Assembly (NCBI GenBank): GCA_007123515.1
Contig: SKKY01000018.1
Span: forward strand, 1-40,573
Origin: Clostridia bacterium
Lineage (GTDB): Bacteria; Bacillota; Peptococcia; Peptococcales; SKKY01
Direction of reading: 5' to 3'
DNA length: 40,573 nucleotides
Shown here piece by piece: positions 7,863 to 16,066 of this stretch. The position numbers and the translations under genes were made by a program. How positions within the stretch are numbered: position 1 is the stretch's first letter; the number at the start of each line of letters is the position of its first letter. The notes under the pieces were generated by a model. The model had not been told where the DNA came from. It made no database searches and saw only the letters and a program-made list of their open reading frames with translations.

Positions 7863-8408
7863 CTAATGGATTAGCATCAAAATCACACTAAAAAAAACAG
7901 CCAGGGGAATGGTTACTTTCAATGGATGACCTTTAATCGCATCAAATTGTGACACTTCACTATGCTGATCTAGTGTAAGCCACTTTTTTTCTTTTAACAT
8001 CGGAAATAACAGAGCAAAAATAGCTGATCCGGCCAGCATTCCTATTACTCCCCCTGTCAAAGCATCAAGATATCCATTACCAACAGCGCCGGCAACCGTT
8101 CCAGGGCAATAACCTAATATCCCGAATCCGACCCCAAAAATTAAACCACCGATCACTGAATTTTTAATCGATCCTGACTTTGCTTTTACTTCAATAATCC
8201 CCATTGGTTTAAGAATGCTGATCCCAAGCATCGTAACGATGATTGCCGTCAGGATTACCTGGATCACCGTAAAATCGATCAGTCTCAACTGCCCTACAAT
8301 CACATCATATTTTGTGACTCCGCCTTTTTGAAGCAGAAAACCAAAGGCAAACCCAATCAGTAATCCAAAAAATAACTGCAGCGACTTATTGTTATGATAT
8401 ATTTTCAT
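7863..8408 (-). CDS. YeeE/YedE family sulfur-compound transporter, C-terminal-half type subunit
   Basis: 181 aa, polytopic. ILGYCPGTVAGAVG conserved-Cys loop. 12 nt downstream of its partner gene. Confidence 0.8.
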   Translation of the reverse strand: MKIYHNNKSLQLFFGLLIGFAFGFLLQKGGVTKYDVIVGQLRLIDFTVIQVILTAIIVTMLGISILKPMGIIEVKAKSGSIKNSVIGGLIFGVGFGILGYCPGTVAGAVGNGYLDALTGGVIGMLAGSAIFALLFPMLKEKKWLTLDQHSEVSQFDAIKGHPLKVTIPLAVFFSVILMLIH

Positions 8409-8420
8409 CTTTTTCCACCT

Positions 8421-8933
8421 CTATATCCCATAGATAAGGAACGCCACAGCGATTCCACCTATAAAAAATCCTATCGCTGCTACCCAGCTTAGCACCGATA
8501 ATTGACTCGTTCCACTGATCCCATGGCCACTGGTGCACCCATTGGCCCATCTTGATCCGATACCTAAAAAGATTCCGCCAATCAAGGCCGCAACAAAACG
8601 CAATGGGAAACTTCCCGATATTTCATTTTCCCACATCGGCGGGATGGCTTGTGATCCAAAATCTCCGGATAATTGTGCTGACACAAAGGCGCCGATAACA
8701 ATTCCGAATAACAGCATCATACCCCAATCTACTTCCGGTTTGTTTTTCTGGTAGTACTCATTTTTATCGACTTTTTCTTTGTTGAACGTTTTAACAAAAT
8801 AACCACTAGCTTTAACGAAGCTTGTCGAAGCTCCAAGAGGCTTTTTTGATATCACCATTGCTGTAATGTTTAGCAATCCAATCAGAACGCCAACTAAATA
8901 AGGGGACCACCTTTCAAGCATTAATAATTCCAT
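8421..8933 (-). CDS. YeeE/YedE family sulfur-compound transporter, N-terminal-half type subunit
   Basis: 170 aa, polytopic. GSRWANGCTSGHGISG motif typical of the sulphur-transport (YeeE/YedE) domain. Confidence 0.8.
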   Translation of the reverse strand: MELLMLERWSPYLVGVLIGLLNITAMVISKKPLGASTSFVKASGYFVKTFNKEKVDKNEYYQKNKPEVDWGMMLLFGIVIGAFVSAQLSGDFGSQAIPPMWENEISGSFPLRFVAALIGGIFLGIGSRWANGCTSGHGISGTSQLSVLSWVAAIGFFIGGIAVAFLIYGI

Positions 8934-8952
8934 CGTTCTGTTCCTCCTTTTT

Positions 8953-10740
8953 TTACAGATAAAAGAAATAAATCATCGTTACCGATACCACTAAAAAGAT
9001 TATTGTCATTAGACTTCCGGCCCGAATAAATTCCTGGTTACTGTATTTCCCGGGCGTCTTGATATAGGCATTAACCTGATGAGTTGGGATAATAAAAGAA
9101 TTCGAGGCCGATATCGCAACAAGAAGGGCCAGGGATCTCGGATCAATGTCGATCCCGGAAGACATGGCTACAACTATGGGTACCAAGAGCACGGTGGCTG
9201 CTACATTAGACATGAATAATGAGAAAAAGGATGTCACGATTCCAATCACTAACAGGAATAAAAACACCGGCCACTCAGAAATCAGTCCCATCATCAAATC
9301 TGCACTTAAAGCCGCTGCCCCGCTTTTTTCGAAAGCCGTTCCCAGAGGAATTAATCCAGCCAGCAAAAAAACAGTACGCCAGTCAACAGCCCGGTACAGT
9401 TCATCTTTAGCAACGGCTCCACTGGCTACCATGAGCATAGCTCCGGTTAAAAAGCTTAATGGTAATGAAAAACCTGCGATAACTAATCCCATGGCTAAAG
9501 CCAAAGAGAGTAACGCAAAATATTTTCTATATTTTCCAACTTGCTCTTTAACGGGACGCACATCGGTAATCACAAAAAAGTCCCGGGAATCTTTAATCTT
9601 TTTAATATCTTCCCATTTTCCAAATACAATAATCTGCAGTCCTGCCTCAAGAGGTCTTTCAATACACTCAAGGCGTTCACCTTCTGGACTGATATAGATA
9701 ATAGGTTCCACTTTAAAGTTTTTTCTAAGCGCAATTTCTTCCAGGGTTTTACCTTTGACCTGCGATTTAGGTGGAACGATCATCTCGGCAAATCCAGCTA
9801 CTTCTTCATTTTGTAATTCCTGGAACACATCCAGGAATGATTTTTTATCCAGTTTATACTCTGTGCAAAATTTATCAATATCTTTAACATCACCAAAAAC
9901 GGCGATTCTCTGGGAATGACTGAATTTTGTTTTTCGCCAGGGTGAATAGGTAATGCTGTCCGAGTCCCAGATCGCTAAAATGTGTATTTTCTTTTCTCCC
10001 CACAAACTGATTTCTTCAATATTTTTTCCAATAAGCGGACTGTCTTTGGTGATTTCGATTTCATAGACACTTTTTGGGAGTTGGTAAAGATTCAGCACAG
10101 AATCTTCTTGCTGAACGGATTCTTCCTTCGTTTCTGAAGCAAAGAAGTTCCTGAAAAAATAAAAGTAGAGTAACCCTGAACCAAGTAAGACCAGCCCGAC
10201 CGGAGTTACGCTGAATAAATGGAAAGGATCATGGCCGCGCTCTCCTAGCAGATCATTTAAAATAATTAGCGGGCCGGAAGCAATCATGGTCAGTGTCCCC
10301 CCCAGAATACCGGCGAATCCCATTGGCATCAAAAATTTTTTTGAATTAGCGCCCATACTTCTGCTGATTTTTTTGGCAACCGGCAAAAACAAGGCAACGG
10401 CTCCAATGTTTTGCATAAAAGATGAGATGATACCAACGGTTCCTGAAATATAGGTCACCGCTTTATTCTCTTCATTGCCTGCCTTTTGGGTAATTAAAAG
10501 GGCGACAGCGTCCATCGCCCCGGATTTTTCAATTCCATAACCCATGATCATCACAGCAATCACCGTAATGACTGCATTTGATGATAATCCGGAAAAAGCT
10601 TCCTCTACCGTAATCACATTTGTCCAGGGCAAAAGAATCATAATCAGAATCGCCGTTAAATCAGATCTTATTTTTTCTGTTGAAAATAGAATAATCGCCA
10701 TTACCAGAATCACAAATGAAACAACGATATCATAAGTCAT
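8953..10740 (-). CDS. SLC13/DASS family anion permease with two central TrkA-C (RCK_C) domains
   Basis: 595 aa. Two multi-helix hydrophobic halves flank two soluble repeats (YEIEITKDSPLIGKNIEEISL... and AEMIVPPKSQVKGKTLEEIAL...). Confidence 0.8.
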   Translation of the reverse strand: MTYDIVVSFVILVMAIILFSTEKIRSDLTAILIMILLPWTNVITVEEAFSGLSSNAVITVIAVMIMGYGIEKSGAMDAVALLITQKAGNEENKAVTYISGTVGIISSFMQNIGAVALFLPVAKKISRSMGANSKKFLMPMGFAGILGGTLTMIASGPLIILNDLLGERGHDPFHLFSVTPVGLVLLGSGLLYFYFFRNFFASETKEESVQQEDSVLNLYQLPKSVYEIEITKDSPLIGKNIEEISLWGEKKIHILAIWDSDSITYSPWRKTKFSHSQRIAVFGDVKDIDKFCTEYKLDKKSFLDVFQELQNEEVAGFAEMIVPPKSQVKGKTLEEIALRKNFKVEPIIYISPEGERLECIERPLEAGLQIIVFGKWEDIKKIKDSRDFFVITDVRPVKEQVGKYRKYFALLSLALAMGLVIAGFSLPLSFLTGAMLMVASGAVAKDELYRAVDWRTVFLLAGLIPLGTAFEKSGAAALSADLMMGLISEWPVFLFLLVIGIVTSFFSLFMSNVAATVLLVPIVVAMSSGIDIDPRSLALLVAISASNSFIIPTHQVNAYIKTPGKYSNQEFIRAGSLMTIIFLVVSVTMIYFFYL

Positions 10741-10758
10741 AATCCTTTACTCCCCGAT

Positions 10759-12114
10759 TTATTTTTGTAAAGCCGCCAGCATTCTGACTCCACCGGTGAT
10801 CACTAGTGAAACGTATCCTTTCATAGTCAGATAGGATGCCGCTATTGTAGCCCGTTCACCCGATCCGCAAAGAATATAGATCGGCTTTTCTTTTGAAACC
10901 ATTGGCAGGCATTCGCTGATCCGCTGTAATGGCAGATTAATACGATTGTATTCCGGATCTTGTGGTTCAATTTCTTCATTTTTCCGGATATCCAGCAAGG
11001 TATAGCTGTCATCTTCAGGAAATTCACTGAATTTTTTACCATTGATTGTTGGCATTTTTTCGAGTTCATAACCATATTCTTCCCATTTTTTACAGGCATT
11101 CGGAAGGTATCCAATGAGGTTATCAAATCCGGTCCGACGGCAGTACCAGTAGAGTTCATCCACATCGCCCTCATTTCCATCGATAGCAAATACAATTTTT
11201 TGTTCAGGTGAGTAGATCGCACCAAGGAATGTAGAGATGTTGTCTTTAGACATAAAGATGGAACCCGGAATATGTCCTCCGAAATGCGCTTCTTTAGAAC
11301 GAACATCAAGAAGAAGAACATCATCCATCATTTCCCGGACTTCTTCAACTGTCAATGGATTTAAGACAACTTCCTCGCCAACAAAAGGAGCGCCTTTAAC
11401 ATTTAGAACTTCCATCGTTTCAAAGTACTGAGGCTTAATCCGCATTCTCCCAAAGGTTTCTATAAATTCTTCTTTGGAGTTAACTTGTAAAGCTATATTA
11501 TGCCTTCTTTCATAAGCCATCGTTGATACCGGACGATCATCCATGCTGATTCCACAAGCTGATCCCGGCCCATGTGCGGGAAATACCAGAACATCATCTC
11601 CAAGAGGCATCAATTTTTCAAAGATACTATCATACAAAAGACCCGTCATTTTTTCAAGATTTTCTTTTCCGTAAAAATCTGTGCGGCCTAGGTCGCCCAT
11701 AAACAAACAATCTCCTGTAAAGACCAGGTACGGCTGCGCTTTACCTTTTTCATAAACGGCGTAACTCATGTGGCCTAACGTATGACCTGGTGTGTGAACA
11801 GCTTTTATGGTAATCGAACCTATTTGCACTGTATGTCCGTCACTGATTTTCTCTCCATAGACATATCCGAGATCTTCATAACCTGAAATATAAATCCGGG
11901 CACCGGTTTTAGCCTGCAATTCCATCGACCCGATTATATAGTCTTCATTACGATGCGTTTCAAAAATATGGCTGATTTTCATACCTGCCTCACGGGCCTC
12001 CTTCATATAGACCCCAACATCACGCATTGGATCAATCACAGCAATTTCATTACCATCACCAACCATGTATGAAAAATGAGACAATCCTTCTGTTTCAAAC
12101 TTTTTAAAAAACAT
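10759..12114 (-). CDS. MBL-fold metallo-hydrolase (persulfide-dioxygenase/glyoxalase II-like) fused to two rhodanese domains
   Basis: 451 aa. MBL motifs ETHRNEDY, HTPGHTLGH, GDCLF, PAHGPG. First rhodanese lacks the catalytic Cys (FAIDGNEGD). Second has the active-site loop ILCGSGERA (Cys416, nt 10867-10869). Confidence 0.8.
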   Translation of the reverse strand: MFFKKFETEGLSHFSYMVGDGNEIAVIDPMRDVGVYMKEAREAGMKISHIFETHRNEDYIIGSMELQAKTGARIYISGYEDLGYVYGEKISDGHTVQIGSITIKAVHTPGHTLGHMSYAVYEKGKAQPYLVFTGDCLFMGDLGRTDFYGKENLEKMTGLLYDSIFEKLMPLGDDVLVFPAHGPGSACGISMDDRPVSTMAYERRHNIALQVNSKEEFIETFGRMRIKPQYFETMEVLNVKGAPFVGEEVVLNPLTVEEVREMMDDVLLLDVRSKEAHFGGHIPGSIFMSKDNISTFLGAIYSPEQKIVFAIDGNEGDVDELYWYCRRTGFDNLIGYLPNACKKWEEYGYELEKMPTINGKKFSEFPEDDSYTLLDIRKNEEIEPQDPEYNRINLPLQRISECLPMVSKEKPIYILCGSGERATIAASYLTMKGYVSLVITGGVRMLAALQK

Positions 12115-12492
12115 AAATGTTACCTCCTAAAATTTTTAAGATACTTGTGTATCCTTACCCATATTACTTTCCATTAAATCTTCTTGTTTTTTTAGGGAAT
12201 TATTTTAGAGAAATCAATACGTTATAATTTGTATTTGAGAAGCAATTCTTTAGGATTATGGCAATAATCATCTGGACATCTGGCTAACCGATCCTAATGT
12301 TCGTCCGCACTTTTTACGCATAATCTTCATAATCTGTATCGAGTGATTTGCTTTTCCCATTGGCTCTTCCTGCTTCTGTTTCATTGAACCCAGCAGAGTT
12401 TTAAATCCAGATTTTTGTCCGCACTCACTCAATCAGTTGAAAAAGGGGCCACTTACTCTTGATTTCTTTGCCGTGATAATATGCGAATTTTT

Positions 12493-12547
12493 TTCAAAAA
12501 GAAAAACCCACCTATCAATACAAATAAATGTATCAATAAGTGGGTTT
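12493..12547 (-). terminator. rho-independent terminator of ssrA
   Basis: 17-bp stem (12504-12520 / 12531-12547). Its three non-Watson-Crick positions are G-U only on the minus-strand RNA. Followed by UUUUCUUUUU. Confidence 0.75.
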
Positions 12548-12550
12548 ATT

Positions 12551-12901
12551 TGGTGGAGGTGAGGGGAATCGAACCCCTGTCCGAAAGACCAGTTCCAAAA
12601 GCTTCTACGAGTGTAGCTTGTAATTTAAATTTCCCGCTGCACACTCCTACAAGCAGGATTGCACATTGGTATCTCTGTTAATGTTCCTGTCGGTTACAGA
12701 GAAGTTACCGACAGGTAGCCTGTTAAAGTGACCTTTTGTCTTCAGCCACAGGCATACTGAAGGAAAAGGTTAGCATGCTCTAGGCAGCTAAAGCGTAATC
12801 GTTTTTAGCGTTTAATTTAGTTTGCACCGTTTAACGAGCTAATGCAACCTCGACTCGCTACTTGAGGTTCCGTTGCCCCCCGTCGAAACCATTACACCCC
12901 C
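12551..12901 (-). ncRNA. ssrA: tmRNA (transfer-messenger RNA)
   Basis: The minus strand begins GGGGGUGUAAUGGUUUCGACGGGG and ends GGACAGGGGUUCGAUUCCCCUCACCUCCACCA (tRNA-Ala-like acceptor/T arm). An internal tag frame at 12780-12809 reads GCU AAA AAC GAU UAC GCU UUA GCU GCC UAG = AKNDYALAA-stop. Located directly downstream of smpB. Confidence 0.92.
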
Positions 12902-12923
12902 ATGTTATAAAACGCTAAGGGTA

Positions 12924-13370
12924 TTATCTTGCTTTTAATGCTTTATCAATTTCTCTTTTTGCATCTTTTTCTTTTTGCACAGCACGTTTATCATGCAGCT
13001 TTTTACCTTGGGCCAGAGCAATTTCTACCTTCACTTTTCCGCGATTAAAATATATTTTGGTCGGAATTAAGGTTAAGCCTTTTTCTTTAATTTTGCCAAG
13101 AAGCCGCATGATCTCCCTTTTGTGCATTAACAGCTTTCTTTTACGGGTTGGATCTACATTATATATACTGCCTTGTTCATAGGGACTAATGTGCATGTTG
13201 TATAAAAATAATTCCCCATTATCAATCTGAGCATAACTGTCTGTTAAATTGGCACGGCCGGCTCGAAGTGATTTTACCTCAGTACCGACTAGAGCAATTC
13301 CTGCTTCAAATTTTTCCAGAAGATAATAATCGTGTCTGGCTTTTCTGTTATCTACAATTATTTTACTCAT
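12924..13370 (-). CDS. smpB: SsrA-binding protein SmpB
   Basis: 148 aa. NRKARHDY, GTEVKSLR, LLLHKREI-type motif (KLLMHKREI), basic C-terminal tail. Confidence 0.95.
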   Translation of the reverse strand: MSKIIVDNRKARHDYYLLEKFEAGIALVGTEVKSLRAGRANLTDSYAQIDNGELFLYNMHISPYEQGSIYNVDPTRKRKLLMHKREIMRLLGKIKEKGLTLIPTKIYFNRGKVKVEIALAQGKKLHDKRAVQKEKDAKREIDKALKAR

Positions 13371-13386
13371 AATAACACCCTTCGAT

Positions 13387-13410
13387 GAAAAAGTGCCCGA
13401 ATACGGGCAC
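13387..13410 (-). terminator. terminator-like hairpin between rnr and smpB
   Basis: GUGCCCG-UAUU-CGGGCAC followed by UUUUUC on the minus strand (stems 13393-13399 / 13404-13410). Confidence 0.6.
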
Positions 13411-13427
13411 CTATTTGCTGTTAGCTA

Positions 13428-13456
13428 ATTATATCACTATTCCGCCCAAAGGTCAA
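13428..13456 (-). promoter_or_regulatory. near-consensus sigma-A promoter upstream of smpB
   Basis: On the minus strand: TTGACC (13451-13456), 17 nt, TATAAT (13428-13433) with an extended -10 TG (TGATATAAT). TTGACCTTTG is tandemly duplicated (13447-13466). Confidence 0.5.
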
Positions 13457-13466
13457 CAAAGGTCAA

Positions 13467-15575
13467 TTAAACAAGTTCCATATCGATTTTTCTGTCATCT
13501 ATGCTGGCTCTGACAATTTTAACACGAACCTTATCGCCGATCGTAAATCGTTGACCGGTTCGCTCGCCGATAAGTGACATCATCTTCTCATCATAGATAT
13601 AGTAGTCAAGATCCATCGTGGAGATATGGATCAAGCCTTCAATTAAATTATCAAGCTCTGCGAACAAACCAAATGGCTGAACACCACTAATCGTTGCATC
13701 GAATTCTTCATTTATAAATTCCGTCATATATTCCACTTTCTTCAGATCGACAGATTCGCGTTCGGCATCCTCAGCAACCAGTTCTCTGACTGATGATTTT
13801 TCAGCGTAATCAGAAAGAATCTCTTTTAAGTCTTTACGCCTTTTCCCTGAAATTTGATTGTGATTATGAATCATTTCCTTCATTACACGATGAATGGCCA
13901 AGTCGGGGTACCTGCGGATCGGCGAGGTAAAGTGTGAGTAAAATTCAGCTGATAATCCAAAATGACCTAAGGGTTCCGTGGCATAACGGGCATGACGCAT
14001 TGAACGAAGCATCATTGTGCTGATAATCCGCTCTTCTCGTTTCCCTTTAATTTGTGCCATAACTTCCTGGTATGATTTCGGATACACTTTATTCTGAGCG
14101 CCTTTTAAATAATATCCAAAAACAGAAAGGAAGCTTTTAAGATCAACTACCTTTTCAGCATCAGGCTCTTCATGAACTCTGTAGATAAACGGTATGGTCA
14201 ATGCATGATAATGAGAGGCAATGGTTTCGTTAGCCGCAAGCATGAATTCTTCAATCAGTGATTCGGCTTCTCCACGCTCACGTTTTTTAATTTCCACTGG
14301 TTTGCCCTGATCATCGACAATCACTTTATTTTCAGGAAAATCAAAATCAATAGATCCTCTTTCGAGACGTTTTTCAAATAATATTTTTCTTAATTCATTC
14401 ATCGGTTCAAACATTTCGGTATACTCTTTATATTCTTCAATGGCTTGCGGATCTTTATCTGTAATAATTCTGTTAACATCGGTATAATTCATTCTCTGGT
14501 TAACATTAATAATCGTTTCGAGAATTTCATAATCAAGGAGCTTTCCCTTATCATCAAATTCCATAAAGCAAGTCATCGATAAACGATCCTCATTAGCATT
14601 TAAACTACAAATCCCGTTAGATAATTCTTTTGGAAGCATTGGAATTACTCGGTCTACAAGGTAGACGCTTGTGCCTCTTTTAACTGCTTCTTTATCAAGC
14701 ACCGAACCTTCTTTAACATAGTGAGCAACATCAGCGATATGAACGCCCAGACGGTAATGCCCTTTCTCGGTCTTTTCCAATGTGACTGCATCATCAAGAT
14801 CCTTGGCATCTTCTCCGTCAATGGTTACCATAACCACATCACGCAGATCCGTTCTTTTTTCAATCTCTTTTTTGGTAATTGAAAACTCTTGTTTTTCTAC
14901 ATAAGATTTAACGGCATTACTGAAGTCTTCCGGCAGATCGTGTTTTTTCACGATAGAAATAATATCAATTCCCGGATCACCTTTCTTTCCGATAATTTCT
15001 ATTATCACCGCTTCCGGATTCCTTCTTTTTTCGGGCCACTCTTCAATTTCGGCGACCACTTTCATTCCATCCTTAGCTCCCCTGGCATTTTTCTTAGGAA
15101 TAAAAAGGTCTGCTCCTAAACGATTATCATCAGGTATCACAAAGCCAAAGCCCCCTCCATCTTCATAAGTTCCGACTATTTTGTTGTTGGCTCGTTCCAA
15201 AATACGGATCACTTTTCCTTCCGGACGTTTCCCCGGTACGATTTGTTTATAGAGACGTACCATCACCCGGTCATTATGCAAGGCATTGTTTATATCGTCT
15301 GCTTTAAGGTAGACATCGCTTTCCAATGGATTATCGGTAATTAAAAAAGCAAATCCTTTTTGATTACGCTGAAGACGTCCGACCAGCAGATTCATATGCT
15401 CAGGCAATCCATATTTTGCTTTTCTTGTAAGGACAACAAGTCCTTTCATTTCCATCTCAATTAATACCGGCTCAAGGTCGAAAATATCGACACCAAGGTT
15501 AATCGATAAATCGACAACCGACATCGGCTGAGCCGTATCTTTCATCGCGGCTAATATTTGGTCTTTTTCTATCAA
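13467..15575 (-). CDS. rnr: ribonuclease R (3'-5' exoribonuclease)
   Basis: RNB-domain motifs (DGEDAKDLDDAV, HFGL...YSHFTSPIRRYPDL) and a C-terminal S1 domain. I prefer the TTG start at 15573-15575, 7 nt after AGGAGG. The track's longest ORF extends to 15632 but would overlap the upstream gene by 41 nt. Confidence 0.9.
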   Translation of the reverse strand: MIEKDQILAAMKDTAQPMSVVDLSINLGVDIFDLEPVLIEMEMKGLVVLTRKAKYGLPEHMNLLVGRLQRNQKGFAFLITDNPLESDVYLKADDINNALHNDRVMVRLYKQIVPGKRPEGKVIRILERANNKIVGTYEDGGGFGFVIPDDNRLGADLFIPKKNARGAKDGMKVVAEIEEWPEKRRNPEAVIIEIIGKKGDPGIDIISIVKKHDLPEDFSNAVKSYVEKQEFSITKKEIEKRTDLRDVVMVTIDGEDAKDLDDAVTLEKTEKGHYRLGVHIADVAHYVKEGSVLDKEAVKRGTSVYLVDRVIPMLPKELSNGICSLNANEDRLSMTCFMEFDDKGKLLDYEILETIINVNQRMNYTDVNRIITDKDPQAIEEYKEYTEMFEPMNELRKILFEKRLERGSIDFDFPENKVIVDDQGKPVEIKKRERGEAESLIEEFMLAANETIASHYHALTIPFIYRVHEEPDAEKVVDLKSFLSVFGYYLKGAQNKVYPKSYQEVMAQIKGKREERIISTMMLRSMRHARYATEPLGHFGLSAEFYSHFTSPIRRYPDLAIHRVMKEMIHNHNQISGKRRKDLKEILSDYAEKSSVRELVAEDAERESVDLKKVEYMTEFINEEFDATISGVQPFGLFAELDNLIEGLIHISTMDLDYYIYDEKMMSLIGERTGQRFTIGDKVRVKIVRASIDDRKIDMELV

Positions 15576-15591
15576 AACTACACCTCCTGTG

Positions 15592-16017
15592 TTATTTATG
15601 TGAAATATTTGGGTCATCCATCTTTCCGACAATCATAAATCTTGCTGTGGCTTCTGCGGCTACTGTTTTGTCCGCCAGTACTATCTGAGACTCCAGATCT
15701 ACAATCGACTTACGATGCTTTACAACTTTTGCTCTTACGGTAACCGGCTCTTCAAGAGAAATTTTTTCCCGGTAGCGGACTTCGAGTCTGGCTGTCATGC
15801 CGTGGAATCCTAATGTATTTAACGATCGAGCCATTGTTTCATCCATCAGGGTCGAGGCCAGTCCTCCATGAAGATACCCCGGAAATCCTTCATGATTTTT
15901 TGTTGGGGTAAAGGCTCCCTCTATCACACTATTACCCATATCTGTGTATTTTACCATCAGCCCTATCGGATTCTTTTCCCCGCAAACAAAGCAATGATGG
16001 TCATATGAAAAATCCAT
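15592..16017 (-). CDS. hotdog-fold (PaaI-type) acyl-CoA thioesterase family protein
   Basis: CFVCGEKNPIGL...GYLHGGLASTLMDETM pattern. I prefer the ATG at 16015-16017 (MDFSYDHH...), preceded by GAAGGAAAGGAAGG. The track start is 16053. Confidence 0.65.
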   Translation of the reverse strand: MDFSYDHHCFVCGEKNPIGLMVKYTDMGNSVIEGAFTPTKNHEGFPGYLHGGLASTLMDETMARSLNTLGFHGMTARLEVRYREKISLEEPVTVRAKVVKHRKSIVDLESQIVLADKTVAAEATARFMIVGKMDDPNISHK

Positions 16018-16066
16018 CAAGAACCTTCCTTTCCTTCGAATCATTTCTTTCATTATACATCAAAAT

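Noticed and set aside
10842-11324. 160-aa same-strand, alternate-frame ORF inside the MBL-rhodanese gene
   Set aside because: It is an out-of-frame overlap with a gene whose own frame shows clear domain motifs throughout. It has no independent RBS or motif.
12268-12360. 30-codon minus-strand ORF (MGKANHSIQIMKIMRKKCGRTLGSVSQMSR) in the long ssrA / sulfur-operon spacer
   Set aside because: It has only a weak purine-rich stretch (GGAAGAG) with a 3-nt spacer as RBS, no recognisable motif, and a composition typical of random AT-rich sequence. It is kept only as part of the leader-region finding.
7587-12500. Possibility that the sulfur operon / amylase / TA stretch is a genomic island integrated at ssrA
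   Set aside because: I found no integrase, no transposase and no direct-repeat copy of the ssrA 3' end (ggggttcgattcccctcacctcc) anywhere else in the window. Apart from the TA cassette, base composition looks similar to the flanks.
12481-12681. 66-aa plus-strand ORF in the track
   Set aside because: It lies antisense across the ssrA terminator and the 3' tRNA-like domain of tmRNA. It has no RBS and a low-complexity N-terminus (MRIFFKKKNPP). The RNA gene explains the region.
15576-15632. Longer N-terminal extensions given by the longest-ORF rule, for rnr (to 15632) and also for gap (24382), rapZ (26496), HAD (27286), ftsX (36185), secG (18454), the thioesterase (16053) and tkt-C (37793)
   Set aside because: The extensions overlap upstream genes or add residues not seen at the N-termini of these families. 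In each case an internal start has a properly spaced Shine-Dalgarno sequence. The start choices remain predictions.
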